A model generated the notes under the pieces. That model ran no database searches and was not told the origin of the DNA. It was given only the letters and a program-made list of their open reading frames with translations. A stretch of DNA of 62,967 nucleotides, filler included. It is 5 parts of 5 records of this genome, joined end to end, with 100 filler letters (N's around TTAATTAATTAA, not from the genome) between each part and the next. Parts side by side here need not be neighbours in the genome. Positions count along the whole stretch, not along the records: positions 39,346 to 62,967 come from DRR723986_7872; 4 more parts are not named here. One strand, given 5' to 3'. Both the position numbers and the translations under genes were made by a program. Positions 50,837 to 59,690 of this stretch are shown here, piece after piece (positions within the stretch are counted from its first letter, which is position 1; the number at the start of each line of letters is the position of its first letter).

Positions 50837-50880
50837 CCTGGCTGCCCTCAAGGGAGGGGGTCAGAAGGGCAGCGGTCTCA

Positions 50881-51513
50881 TCAGGCCTTCACGTCCGTGA
50901 GGCGCAGATAGGGACGAAGGGTTTCCCAGCCCTGCGGGAACAGGGACTTGGCTTCCTCATCGCCGATAGACGGCGGAATGATCACTTTCTTGCCCGGGAC
51001 CCAGTCTGCCGGCGTCGCGATCTTGTTCGCGTCGCTGGTCTGGAGGGCATCGATCACGCGCAGGATCTCGTCGAAGTTCCGGCCAACGGCCATCGGATAG
51101 GTCATCGTCAGGCGGATCTTCTTGTTCGGATCAATGATGAAGACCGACCGCACCGCCTGGGTGTCACTTTGATCCGGATGGATCATGTCGTAGGTCTGAG
51201 CAATCTTGAGATCCTTGTCGGCGACGATCGGGAATTCCAGATTGGTGTTCTGGGTGTCGTTGACGTCCTCGATCCATTTGATGTGCTCTTCCACCGTGTC
51301 GGTCGACAGGCCAAGCGGCTTCACATTGCGGGCAGCGAACTTGTCCGCCAGCTGAGCGGTGCGGCCCATTTCCGTGGTACAGACCGGCGTGAAATCAGCC
51401 GGATGGGAAAAGAAAAAGACCCAGCTATCGCCTGCCCAATCATGGAAAGAGATCTCTCCTTTCTGGGTGGCAACGGTAAAGTCCGGGGCGATATCTCCGA
51501 TACGCAATGACAT
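50881..51513 (-). CDS. 1-Cys peroxiredoxin (Prx6 family)
   Basis: FSHPADFTPVCTTE, GRNFDEILR and TPADW. Confidence 0.95.
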   Translation of the reverse strand: MSLRIGDIAPDFTVATQKGEISFHDWAGDSWVFFFSHPADFTPVCTTEMGRTAQLADKFAARNVKPLGLSTDTVEEHIKWIEDVNDTQNTNLEFPIVADKDLKIAQTYDMIHPDQSDTQAVRSVFIIDPNKKIRLTMTYPMAVGRNFDEILRVIDALQTSDANKIATPADWVPGKKVIIPPSIGDEEAKSLFPQGWETLRPYLRLTDVKA

Positions 51514-51593
51514 GGCAGTATTCCTTTCGTGAATTTGGCGATCTGGTTTCCGGCCTCGGCCAAGCTGATTGCCTTGCCGCTTCCTGAAACTTA

Positions 51594-51615
51594 TGTGTTA
51601 CTTTATATAACACTT
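51594..51615. promoter_or_regulatory. Palindromic operator copy 1 (GTGTTA-N7-TAACAC), upstream of prx
   Basis: Perfect dyad at 51595-51613. Confidence 0.7.
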
Positions 51616-51806
51616 TTCAAACTCATTCTGCTGATGCCTGCCATAGGAAGAATTTATGGGGAAACGCATGGTGCGGATATTGCCAAAAATCGACCTATTG
51701 CTCTGTATTTTATAAATAATACCGCGACGACAGGCGCCCAGAATGGCTGGGAGATGCCGGTCCACGTAGAGTTACGGATTGACAATGCCCTCTGCGCTCG
51801 CAGAAT

Positions 51807-51827
51807 AGTGTCAATAATATTCACACT
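51807..51827. promoter_or_regulatory. Operator copy 2 (AGTGTCA-N7-TCACACT), upstream of the Rrf2 gene
   Basis: Same spacing and near-identical half-sites to copy 1. Confidence 0.65.
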
Positions 51828-51881
51828 TTTATGTGTCATAGACAGGCTGGGTGGCGGACCAACCGGGAGGAAACAGGACAC

Positions 51882-52340
51882 GTGCGACTAACGGCCTATA
51901 CAAACTATGCGCTCCGGACGCTGATGTATTGCGCGCTGCACCCGAACCAGCTGGTGCGTATTCAGGATGTTGCCGATGCGCATGGCATCTCCAAGGCTCA
52001 CCTTCTGAAGGCAGCGCGTCAACTGGGCCAACTCGGCTATCTGGAAAACATCCGCGGCCGCGCTGGTGGTGTGCGCCTTGGACGTCCGCCGGAACGCATT
52101 ATCATCGGGGAAGTCGTGCGTCATACTGAAGGCGATCTCGAAGTCGTCGAATGCTTCAACCCGATAACCAACACCTGCCCGCTGATTGGTGTCTGCAAGT
52201 TCAGCACATTGTTCCGCGCAGGCCTGCGTGCCTTCTTTGCCGAACTGGACAAGGTGACTTTGGCCGACATCGTCGCCAACGGCCCGGTATTGCTTGAACG
52301 GCTGGAATCCAACCGGGAAGCTCTCGCGACAGGCTGCTAG
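51882..52340 (+). CDS. Rrf2 family regulator, NsrR-like with three Cys
   Basis: T.YALR.L, RGR.GG and ECF.....CPL...C; GTG start with RBS. Confidence 0.93.
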   Translation: MRLTAYTNYALRTLMYCALHPNQLVRIQDVADAHGISKAHLLKAARQLGQLGYLENIRGRAGGVRLGRPPERIIIGEVVRHTEGDLEVVECFNPITNTCPLIGVCKFSTLFRAGLRAFFAELDKVTLADIVANGPVLLERLESNREALATGC

Positions 52341-52840
52341 TCCGCCGCGTCATCCTTCACTTCGACGACCTTGTAGCTGCCATGGCAGGCGGCGCATTTT
52401 CCCATGATGCCACTGACAGACAGCTGGATCTCGTCCATCTCCGCGGTCATGGCGATACCTGAGATGTCGCCGAAATCCTGACGCATGGATTCGCCGATCG
52501 ACCGGAAGCCGTCCGGGGCGTTCGCCTGTACGGCCTGCCCTTGACCATTGCCGCGGCGGAGGCCGGCCGCAACATCGCGAATGGTTTCCCGATCTTCCTC
52601 GGCAATGGCCGCTTCGATGGTCTGCAGCCCCTGAAGGAAACCAAGCATCTCGGCGCTGATATGGGCACGGTCGTCCGCTGTAAAATACAGTGCCAGGCGG
52701 CCATCGGGCGTACGTTCCGGCCGTGCCGTTTCAGCCGCCAGTTCGCTGAGGTCCTCATGCGTAGACATGAAACGCATCAGGCCGACACCCATGATCAGTC
52801 CGAAAAAGATCCATCCAAAGACTGCCAGCGTCTTGTTCAT
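52337..52840 (-). CDS. Membrane-anchored class II cytochrome c (c'-like)
   Basis: N-terminal TM helix, helical body and a near C-terminal CAACH heme motif. Confidence 0.8.
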   Translation of the reverse strand: MNKTLAVFGWIFFGLIMGVGLMRFMSTHEDLSELAAETARPERTPDGRLALYFTADDRAHISAEMLGFLQGLQTIEAAIAEEDRETIRDVAAGLRRGNGQGQAVQANAPDGFRSIGESMRQDFGDISGIAMTAEMDEIQLSVSGIMGKCAACHGSYKVVEVKDDAAD

Positions 52841-52856
52841 GTCTGCAGCGCTCCTT

Positions 52857-53315
52857 TCAGAAGCTCAGAACGGTCGTGCCCTCTGCCGTGAAGGCAGAGG
52901 CAATATCGGGCGGCGTGGCAACCCCGATACCGTCTTCGAGCGCCTCGGCGCCAAACGGGCGATTGGGGAGGTAGATGGCACACACATCTACCTTCACGCC
53001 TTCGGCCTTCAGCGACCGCAACAGGCCAGCCGGACTGGCGCCCTTGGGCTGAAGCGGCGCCAAAGCCTGCGGCGGCGGCGATTTCAGAGCGAGATCGCCC
53101 GCAGCGCTGCACAGCAGTATCTGCGGTGTCACGCCTTTCGCCATCGCCGCCTTCGTCAGCACCAGCGCCATCAATTGCGTCTCTGCATCGCCGCTGGTCA
53201 GGACGGTGAGCATCGGACGGCCAGCGTCCCCGGCCGCAGAGGCTGGCGGCGTGTCAGGAACCGCCGCACACGCCGGCAGCACCAAAGCTGCACCCGCGAC
53301 AAGCAATCCGCGCAT
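52857..53315 (-). CDS. DsrE-like exported (lipo)protein
   Basis: Signal/lipobox-like LPAC; VLTS......MAL.L, LLCSAAG and VDVCAIY pattern; TGATG overlap with cydX. Confidence 0.65.
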   Translation of the reverse strand: MRGLLVAGAALVLPACAAVPDTPPASAAGDAGRPMLTVLTSGDAETQLMALVLTKAAMAKGVTPQILLCSAAGDLALKSPPPQALAPLQPKGASPAGLLRSLKAEGVKVDVCAIYLPNRPFGAEALEDGIGVATPPDIASAFTAEGTTVLSF

Positions 53316-53434
53316 CAGTCGATCTCCAGATCGTTCTCACCCGCTTCGCCCATGGACACTTCGTTCCACATGGCATTGAGGATGCCGAAGGTCAGCGCGA
53401 GGCCGAGGCCAAGAATCCAGCTGAAATACCACAT
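53315..53434 (-). CDS. cydX: Cytochrome bd oxidase small subunit CydX (39 aa, absent from the ORF track)
   Basis: MWYFSWILGLGLALTFGILNAMWNE...; directly downstream of cydB. Confidence 0.95.
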   Translation of the reverse strand: MWYFSWILGLGLALTFGILNAMWNEVSMGEAGENDLEID

Positions 53435-53464
53435 ATCGATTTCCTTCCGCTCAGTAAGCGTGAA

Positions 53465-54607
53465 CTAGTAAGTACCTGGGGCGTTGGCTTCTTCCGTGGT
53501 CAGACGACCAAAGAGGACTTTGAACACCCAGGCCGTATAGGCCAGAATTATCGGAACGAAGATCACCGTCACGATCAGCATGATGAACAGGGTGAGATGG
53601 CTCGAGGAGCTGTCCCACACTGTCAGGCTGGCATTCGGATTGATCGAGCTTGGCAGGATGAACGGGAACATCGAGGCACCAACCGACGCCACGATACCGG
53701 TCGCCGCCAGCCCGGAGCCGATCAGAGACAGCGACGTCTTGTTTTTCAAACCAATGAAAGCAAGGACCGACCCGATGAAGCCGAGCGCCGGTGCGAGGAT
53801 CATCCACGGATATTTGCCGTAATTGGTGAGCCAGGCGCCCGCTTCCACAACGACTTCCTTGCGCAGCGGATTGGCGACGCCGTTCGGATCCATATCCGTC
53901 ACGATGCGATAGCCCATGCCGGTCACAGCGAGCCAGATACCCGCAGCGGCATAGAATACGATGACCAGAAGGGCCGCGATCTGACCGAACTTGGCGGCCC
54001 GGTTCATGACGTGCCCATGCTCGATCTTCACGACGAGCCACGATGCGCCGTGGACCACCAGCATGGCGACGGACGCCAGACCGCACAGCAGGGCGAACGG
54101 ATTCAACAGGCCGAGCAGACCGCCCGTGTAGGTTGCCCGCAGCGTGCGGTCGATATCGAACGGGACACCTTGCAGCACATTGCCGAGCGCGACACCAAAG
54201 ATCAGGGCAGGCACAAAGCCACCGACGAACAGCGCCCAGTCCCAGGAGCTGCGCCAGGTGGCGCTTTCCCGCTTCGACCGGTACTTGAACCCCACGGGCC
54301 TCAGGATCAGCGCAGCCAGCACCACGAACATGGCGAGATAAAAGCCAGAGAAGCTGATTGCATAGACATAAGGCCAGGCAGCAAATAGGGCGCCGCCGCC
54401 CGTGATCAGCCACACCTGGTGGCCTTCCCACATCGGGCCGATGGAGTTGATCACGAGGCGGCGTTCCTTGTCGTTCTTTGCCACGAAGGGCAACAGAGAC
54501 GCGACACCGAGGTCATATCCGTCCGTCAGGGCGTAGCCGATGAGCAGTACACCGACGAGGCCCCACCAGAGGACTTTCAGCGTTGCATAGTCGAGAGGAA
54601 GTTCCAT
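53465..54607 (-). CDS. cydB: Cytochrome bd ubiquinol oxidase subunit II
   Basis: DGYDLG, P.WEG.QVW and LRPVGF.YR. Confidence 0.96.
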   Translation of the reverse strand: MELPLDYATLKVLWWGLVGVLLIGYALTDGYDLGVASLLPFVAKNDKERRLVINSIGPMWEGHQVWLITGGGALFAAWPYVYAISFSGFYLAMFVVLAALILRPVGFKYRSKRESATWRSSWDWALFVGGFVPALIFGVALGNVLQGVPFDIDRTLRATYTGGLLGLLNPFALLCGLASVAMLVVHGASWLVVKIEHGHVMNRAAKFGQIAALLVIVFYAAAGIWLAVTGMGYRIVTDMDPNGVANPLRKEVVVEAGAWLTNYGKYPWMILAPALGFIGSVLAFIGLKNKTSLSLIGSGLAATGIVASVGASMFPFILPSSINPNASLTVWDSSSSHLTLFIMLIVTVIFVPIILAYTAWVFKVLFGRLTTEEANAPGTY

Positions 54608-54619
54608 TGTCCTGTCCTC

Positions 54620-56224
54620 CTATTTGTCAAACTGGATGGTGCGCGGACGGGCCGGCACGGCGTCATTGTGGGTATCGGGACCTCCGCCGCCCACGCTCTG
54701 AGGCAGGATGCGAGCACCGGGGCCGAGCTTTACGGCACGGATCATCAGGGTGATCTCGATCACCGCCAGCGCGCCGTAGAGCAGCGTGAAACCGACCATG
54801 GTCATGATCACCTGCGTCGCCGACAGGCTGGAGACCCCCATGAAGGTCGGCAGCACGCCGTCGATCACCCAGGGCTGGCGACCTGTTTCAGCAAGGATCC
54901 AGCCAAGCTCCGCCGCGATCCAGGGCAGCGGGATGGAGTAGAATGCCAGATACAGGAACCAGCGCGGCACTTTGCGCTTCAGGCTGACGAAGTAGAAAGC
55001 CACGGCGAATACCGCGATGAACAGGAAGCCAATCCCGGCCATGAAACGGAACGAAAAGAACGCCATGGCCACATTCGGAACAGTGTCCATGGCGGCTTTC
55101 TCGATCGTTGCACGGTCGGCGGTTGCCGGATCATCGACATACCTCTTCAGGAGCATGGCATAGCCGAGATCCGTTTTGGTCTGTTCGAAGATTTCGCGTG
55201 CCTCGACGTCGTTCGGGTTCTTATTCAGCGCTTCCACTGCCGTGTAGGCGCGGATCCCGTTTTCGATCCGGTCTTCCGCAACGGCGACGAGCGGCAGGAT
55301 ACCTTCCACTTCGCCATCCAGCGAACGGGTCGCGATCAGGCCGAGCACATATGGAACATGGATGGCATATTCGGTTTTGTGTTCCGCCTGGTTGGGGATG
55401 CCAATCAGCGTCAGTCCGGCCGGAGCCGGCTCCGTTTCCCACATGGCTTCCAACGCGGCGAGCTTCATCTTCTGGTTATCTGTCAGGGCATAACCGCTCT
55501 CGTCACCCAGAACGACAACTGACAGAGCCGACAGGAGGCCGAAGCTGGCCGCAACAGCCATCGAACGCTTGGCGAGGCCGAGATGCCGATTCTTCAGCAC
55601 GTACCAGGCAGAAATGCCGAGGACGAACACAGACGCTGTCACGTACCCTGCGCTGACCGTGTGAACGAACTTGGCTTGCGCGACCGGATTGAACAGAACT
55701 TCCATGAAGTTGGTGACTTCCATCCGCATCGTGTCCGGATTGAACTCGGACCCGACCGGGTTCTGCATCCAGCCATTGGCGATCAGGATCCACAGAGCCG
55801 ACAAGTTGGAGCCAAGCGCCACAAGGAAGGTGACAAGCCAGTGCGCCGGGCGGGACAGCTTGTCCCAGCCGAAGAACATCAGGCCGACCAGCGTCGCTTC
55901 CAGGAAGAAGGCCATCAGACCCTCAATCGCCAGCGGGGCGCCGAAGATGTCGCCAACATAATGCGAATAATATGACCAGTTCATCCCGAACTGGAATTCC
56001 ATCGTGATACCGGTCGCAACGCCGAGCACGAAGTTGATACCGAACAGCGTACCCCAGAACTTGGTGGTGCGTCGCCACACCTCCTTGCCGGTCATCACAT
56101 AAGCGCCTTCCATGACCACCAGGAGCATGGAAAGCCCAAGCGTCAGCGGCACGAAAAGGAAATGGTACATAGCTGTCAGCGCAAATTGCCAGCGCGACAG
56201 GTCAGCGACTAATAGTTCAGGCAT
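54620..56224 (-). CDS. cydA: Cytochrome bd ubiquinol oxidase subunit I
   Basis: HFLF, EFQFG.NW, Q..KLAA.E and GRQPW. Confidence 0.97.
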   Translation of the reverse strand: MPELLVADLSRWQFALTAMYHFLFVPLTLGLSMLLVVMEGAYVMTGKEVWRRTTKFWGTLFGINFVLGVATGITMEFQFGMNWSYYSHYVGDIFGAPLAIEGLMAFFLEATLVGLMFFGWDKLSRPAHWLVTFLVALGSNLSALWILIANGWMQNPVGSEFNPDTMRMEVTNFMEVLFNPVAQAKFVHTVSAGYVTASVFVLGISAWYVLKNRHLGLAKRSMAVAASFGLLSALSVVVLGDESGYALTDNQKMKLAALEAMWETEPAPAGLTLIGIPNQAEHKTEYAIHVPYVLGLIATRSLDGEVEGILPLVAVAEDRIENGIRAYTAVEALNKNPNDVEAREIFEQTKTDLGYAMLLKRYVDDPATADRATIEKAAMDTVPNVAMAFFSFRFMAGIGFLFIAVFAVAFYFVSLKRKVPRWFLYLAFYSIPLPWIAAELGWILAETGRQPWVIDGVLPTFMGVSSLSATQVIMTMVGFTLLYGALAVIEITLMIRAVKLGPGARILPQSVGGGGPDTHNDAVPARPRTIQFDK

Positions 56225-56310
56225 GGTCGTCTCCCGACCGCAAATCGGCGGTCTCTGGTCTACATGACGGCACAAATATGCCTGCCGTATTTAACAAACG
56301 ATAGCGCAAA

Positions 56311-56333
56311 AAGTCGCATGCAATATAACACTT
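56311..56333. promoter_or_regulatory. Operator copy 3 (AAGTCGCA-N7-TAACACTT) between divergent cydA and cydD
   Basis: Right half-site identical to copy 1, same N7 spacing. Confidence 0.6.
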
Positions 56334-56353
56334 ATAAATCCTAATTACCCAAT

Positions 56354-58045
56354 ATGTCGGAAGCCACTGAAATATCTGGGAAAAAGCGGACGCGTACTGC
56401 CCTGAAATTATGGGCCGGCAGATCGCAGCCGGCGGTCAGTCTTGGGCTTGCCTGCCAGCTGTTGGCGGTAGCCGGCTGGATCGCAATCGCATGGGGCATC
56501 GGACACGGCGTCGCCGCCATCGCTGTGGGTCAGCCGGCAGGCCCCGGCCTGCTGATCGCCGCAGCAGGCGTCCTGGTACGCGGTGTTTCAGGTTGGCTAG
56601 GCGATCTCCTGCTCGCCCGCGCCGGACAGACCATGGTCAACGCCGCCCGCGCAGACATCTTCAAGACCCTGTCGGACGCCGGGGCCGGCTGGCTCGGCGG
56701 CGCCGACGCGGGAACACGCACTGCGCAGATTATCGATCGCACCGCAAAACTCGAAGGTTACGCATCACGCTGGCTTCCCGGAAAGCGCCTCGCCGTTGCC
56801 GGGCCGGTGATCATTCTGATCGCTGTGGCGACTCAGACCTGGCTGTCCGCCGTCCTTCTGCTGGCATCCGTCATGGTGTTGCCCGTCTTCATCTGGCTGA
56901 CCGCCAGCGAAACCGCGGCCCGGGCCAAGGCGCAACAGGCTGCTCTGGACCAGCTTTCCGGAGCATTCCAGTCCCGCGCCGCCCAATCCGGCCTGATACG
57001 GGCGTTCCGTGGAATCCGGCGCGAGAGCGCAAACCTCGAAGAAGCTTCCCTCCAGCTGCGCGATCGCACGATGGCCATCCTGCGCGTGGCCTTCCTGTCC
57101 ACTGCCGTCCTGGAATTCTTCGCATCCGTCTCCATTGCGCTGGTCGCCGTCTATATCGGATTCAAGCTGTTGGGCGTGTTCCCCTTCGGCACTGGCGAAA
57201 CGCTCACACTCGCGGAAGGCCTCACAGCGCTGATCCTCGCGCCGGAATTCTTCAGCCCCATCCGCAAACTCTCCAGCCTGCACCATGATCGCGCAGATGC
57301 GACTGCGGCTGCGGAGATGCTCTCGGATTGGCTGGAACGCCGGGAAGACGACCCGGTGAAAAAGCTGGCGCCGCTCCCTCAGGCCCCTGTCATCGTATTC
57401 GATGAGGTGGTCCTTGGCTGGGGTGATGACCGCCTGGCTGTCTCTGATCTTTCTTTCGAAGCAGAACCAGGGAAGGTGACAACGCTCGCCGGTCCATCCG
57501 GATCCGGAAAATCCACGGCCCTGCTGGCTCTGATTGGGCGCGCCCGATTGGTCAGCGGACAGATCCGCGTCGGCGCGCACACACTCGCGCCCGGCGAAAG
57601 CCTTGCGGACTCCATCGCCTATATCGGTCAGACGCCCTGGCTGATGGAAGGCACGATCCGGGAAAACATTGCCATCGCCCGGCCGGACGCCAGCCCGATT
57701 GAGATCGAGGAAGCGGCGACTCAGGCGGGCATTCTGGACTTCGCTGACGAAAGCCGCGGCGGACTGGAGCAAACGCTCGCCCGTTTTGGCGCGGGGCTGT
57801 CCGGCGGCCAACGCCAGCGGATTGCCCTTGCCCGCGCTCTATTGCGCAATGCGCCGATCATCCTGATGGACGAGCCGACAGCCCATCTGGATCCGGATGC
57901 AGAACAGGAGTTTCTTTCCAAACTGGAAGACCTGGCAAAAGGCCGGACGCTTTTAGTGGCGACTCACTCTGACACCCTTATCGCCGCTTCCGATGCGGTC
58001 ATTAGGCTGCAACCACAGCAAATGCCGGAGGATGCAGAATGTTGA
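56354..58045 (+). CDS. cydD: ABC exporter subunit CydD
   Basis: TM.ILR.AFLS..VLEFF, LILAPEFF.P.R, GPSGSGKS and LSGGQ. Confidence 0.94.
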   Translation: MSEATEISGKKRTRTALKLWAGRSQPAVSLGLACQLLAVAGWIAIAWGIGHGVAAIAVGQPAGPGLLIAAAGVLVRGVSGWLGDLLLARAGQTMVNAARADIFKTLSDAGAGWLGGADAGTRTAQIIDRTAKLEGYASRWLPGKRLAVAGPVIILIAVATQTWLSAVLLLASVMVLPVFIWLTASETAARAKAQQAALDQLSGAFQSRAAQSGLIRAFRGIRRESANLEEASLQLRDRTMAILRVAFLSTAVLEFFASVSIALVAVYIGFKLLGVFPFGTGETLTLAEGLTALILAPEFFSPIRKLSSLHHDRADATAAAEMLSDWLERREDDPVKKLAPLPQAPVIVFDEVVLGWGDDRLAVSDLSFEAEPGKVTTLAGPSGSGKSTALLALIGRARLVSGQIRVGAHTLAPGESLADSIAYIGQTPWLMEGTIRENIAIARPDASPIEIEEAATQAGILDFADESRGGLEQTLARFGAGLSGGQRQRIALARALLRNAPIILMDEPTAHLDPDAEQEFLSKLEDLAKGRTLLVATHSDTLIAASDAVIRLQPQQMPEDAEC

Positions 58046-59685
58046 ATCTCTGGCGCCTTCTCGGCCGGCCCGCGAAAATCCGTTTTGGCCTGGCTCTGCT
58101 CCTCTCTGCCCTTGCCGGCGCGTCGAGTATCGCCCTGCTTGGCCTGTCCGGCTGGTTTCTGACCGCCGCTGCGATCGCGGGCTCTGCCGGAGCGGGATAT
58201 GTCTTCAACCACCTCTATCCGAGCGCTGGAGTACGAGCAGCTGCCTTCTCCCGGGTCCTGACACGCTATGGCGAACAACTTGTCGGCCATGATGCGACAT
58301 TGAGCCTGTCGGCGCGCTTGCGCCCCCAGCTCTTTACCGCGAGCGCAGCCACCCAGCGTGGCTTCACCTCCATGCCCGCCCGTGAGCTCAGTATGCTGAT
58401 CGATGATGTCGATGCTGCAGAGGCGGGCTTCCTGCGTGTCTTCAGCCCGGCTGCGGCCGTCATCGCCGGTATTGCTGTCGCGCTTGGATTTGTCTTCGCA
58501 AATGACTGGGTCAGCGGGTTCCTCGCGCTTGGCGCCTTCCTGTGCACGGGCTGGATTTTCCCTGCCATGACCGTCCGCCGATCCCACCTGGCCGCCGAAG
58601 CTCACGCCCGGCAGGCAGAACTGGCGCGGGAGCAAACGGCCCGTCTCGTCGAGAACGCCATTGAACTCGATATTCTTGGCGCCATTGGCCGTGAGACAGA
58701 AGCGGCACAGACCGCACTGGAACAGCAGGTCGCCACCCGCGATGCCATCGAGGCACCCTACCGCAATCTCGGCACCTTCACAGCGACCGTCGGCCTTGCG
58801 CTGGCGCTGCTCGTCCTGTGGCGTGCCGCCGGACCGCAGTCTGGAATCGCGATGGCAACCGGCGCAGCCCTCGCCCTGATGGCGGCGTTCGAGTCGACGG
58901 GTGCGATGCTGAAGGTTTTCGATGCTCGTGCCCGCTCCGGCGTTGCGGCAAACCGCCTGGCTGCGCGCCTGCAGACAAGTGAAGCGAGTTGGGATCCACG
59001 GCTCGAAGCGGCACCTGTGCTAGACACGCTCTTCCCTCTCAAAGCGACCAGTCTCATGGCTCAGGCCGCGCCCAATGCGCCGGTAATCGGCCCGCTAAGT
59101 TTTACATTGAAACCGGGAACACTGTTGCAGCTGATTGGTTCATCGGGCAGCGGCAAGACGACGGTCGCCGAAGCACTCATGCGCCTTCATCCGGTCTCGC
59201 CCGGCATGCTGCAGTATGGCGACGTTCCCGCAGACACCGCGCGTATCGCAAGCGTTCTGGCCCATATCGCGATCAGCCCGCAAATGCCGGCTTTCCTGCC
59301 TGGCACACTCGGCGACCAGATGCGCCTTGCAGCGCCGGCAGCCACGGATGACGACATCTGGAACGCACTCCGTATCGCCTGTGCCGAGACATTCGTCACT
59401 GCCCGGCCGGAAGGCCTGAGCACCAGGTTCGGTGAAGACGATTTGCCCTTTTCCGGCGGCGAGTTGCGCCGCATCGGCCTCGCCCGCGCCCTGCTGGCAA
59501 AACCTGAAATCCTGATCCTGGACGAGCCCTTCGCCGGGCTGGAGGCTGAACTCGCCCAGCGCCTTGCTGCAAACCTCGATGACTGGGCAGCACAGGCACC
59601 CCGCGCCCTAATTGCACTGACCCACAAACCCTTGGGGGCGCCTTTCGAACACCTCGTCTCGGAACAGGTGCTCATTCAGTCCTGA
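58039..59685 (+). CDS. cydC: ABC exporter subunit CydC
   Basis: LLGLSGWF, RYGE.L..HDAT, GSSGSGKT and FSGGE. Confidence 0.94.
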   Translation: MLNLWRLLGRPAKIRFGLALLLSALAGASSIALLGLSGWFLTAAAIAGSAGAGYVFNHLYPSAGVRAAAFSRVLTRYGEQLVGHDATLSLSARLRPQLFTASAATQRGFTSMPARELSMLIDDVDAAEAGFLRVFSPAAAVIAGIAVALGFVFANDWVSGFLALGAFLCTGWIFPAMTVRRSHLAAEAHARQAELAREQTARLVENAIELDILGAIGRETEAAQTALEQQVATRDAIEAPYRNLGTFTATVGLALALLVLWRAAGPQSGIAMATGAALALMAAFESTGAMLKVFDARARSGVAANRLAARLQTSEASWDPRLEAAPVLDTLFPLKATSLMAQAAPNAPVIGPLSFTLKPGTLLQLIGSSGSGKTTVAEALMRLHPVSPGMLQYGDVPADTARIASVLAHIAISPQMPAFLPGTLGDQMRLAAPAATDDDIWNALRIACAETFVTARPEGLSTRFGEDDLPFSGGELRRIGLARALLAKPEILILDEPFAGLEAELAQRLAANLDDWAAQAPRALIALTHKPLGAPFEHLVSEQVLIQS

Positions 59686-59690
59686 AAGGC

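Noticed and set aside
51529-51891. ORFs in the prx-Rrf2 intergenic region
   Set aside because: AT-rich promoter DNA with atypical codon use that carries the operator dyads.
56304-56317. RegA/RegR box (GCGCAAAAAGTCGC) before cydA
   Set aside because: Short degenerate match overlapping operator copy 3; plausible but not supportable without a PWM scan.
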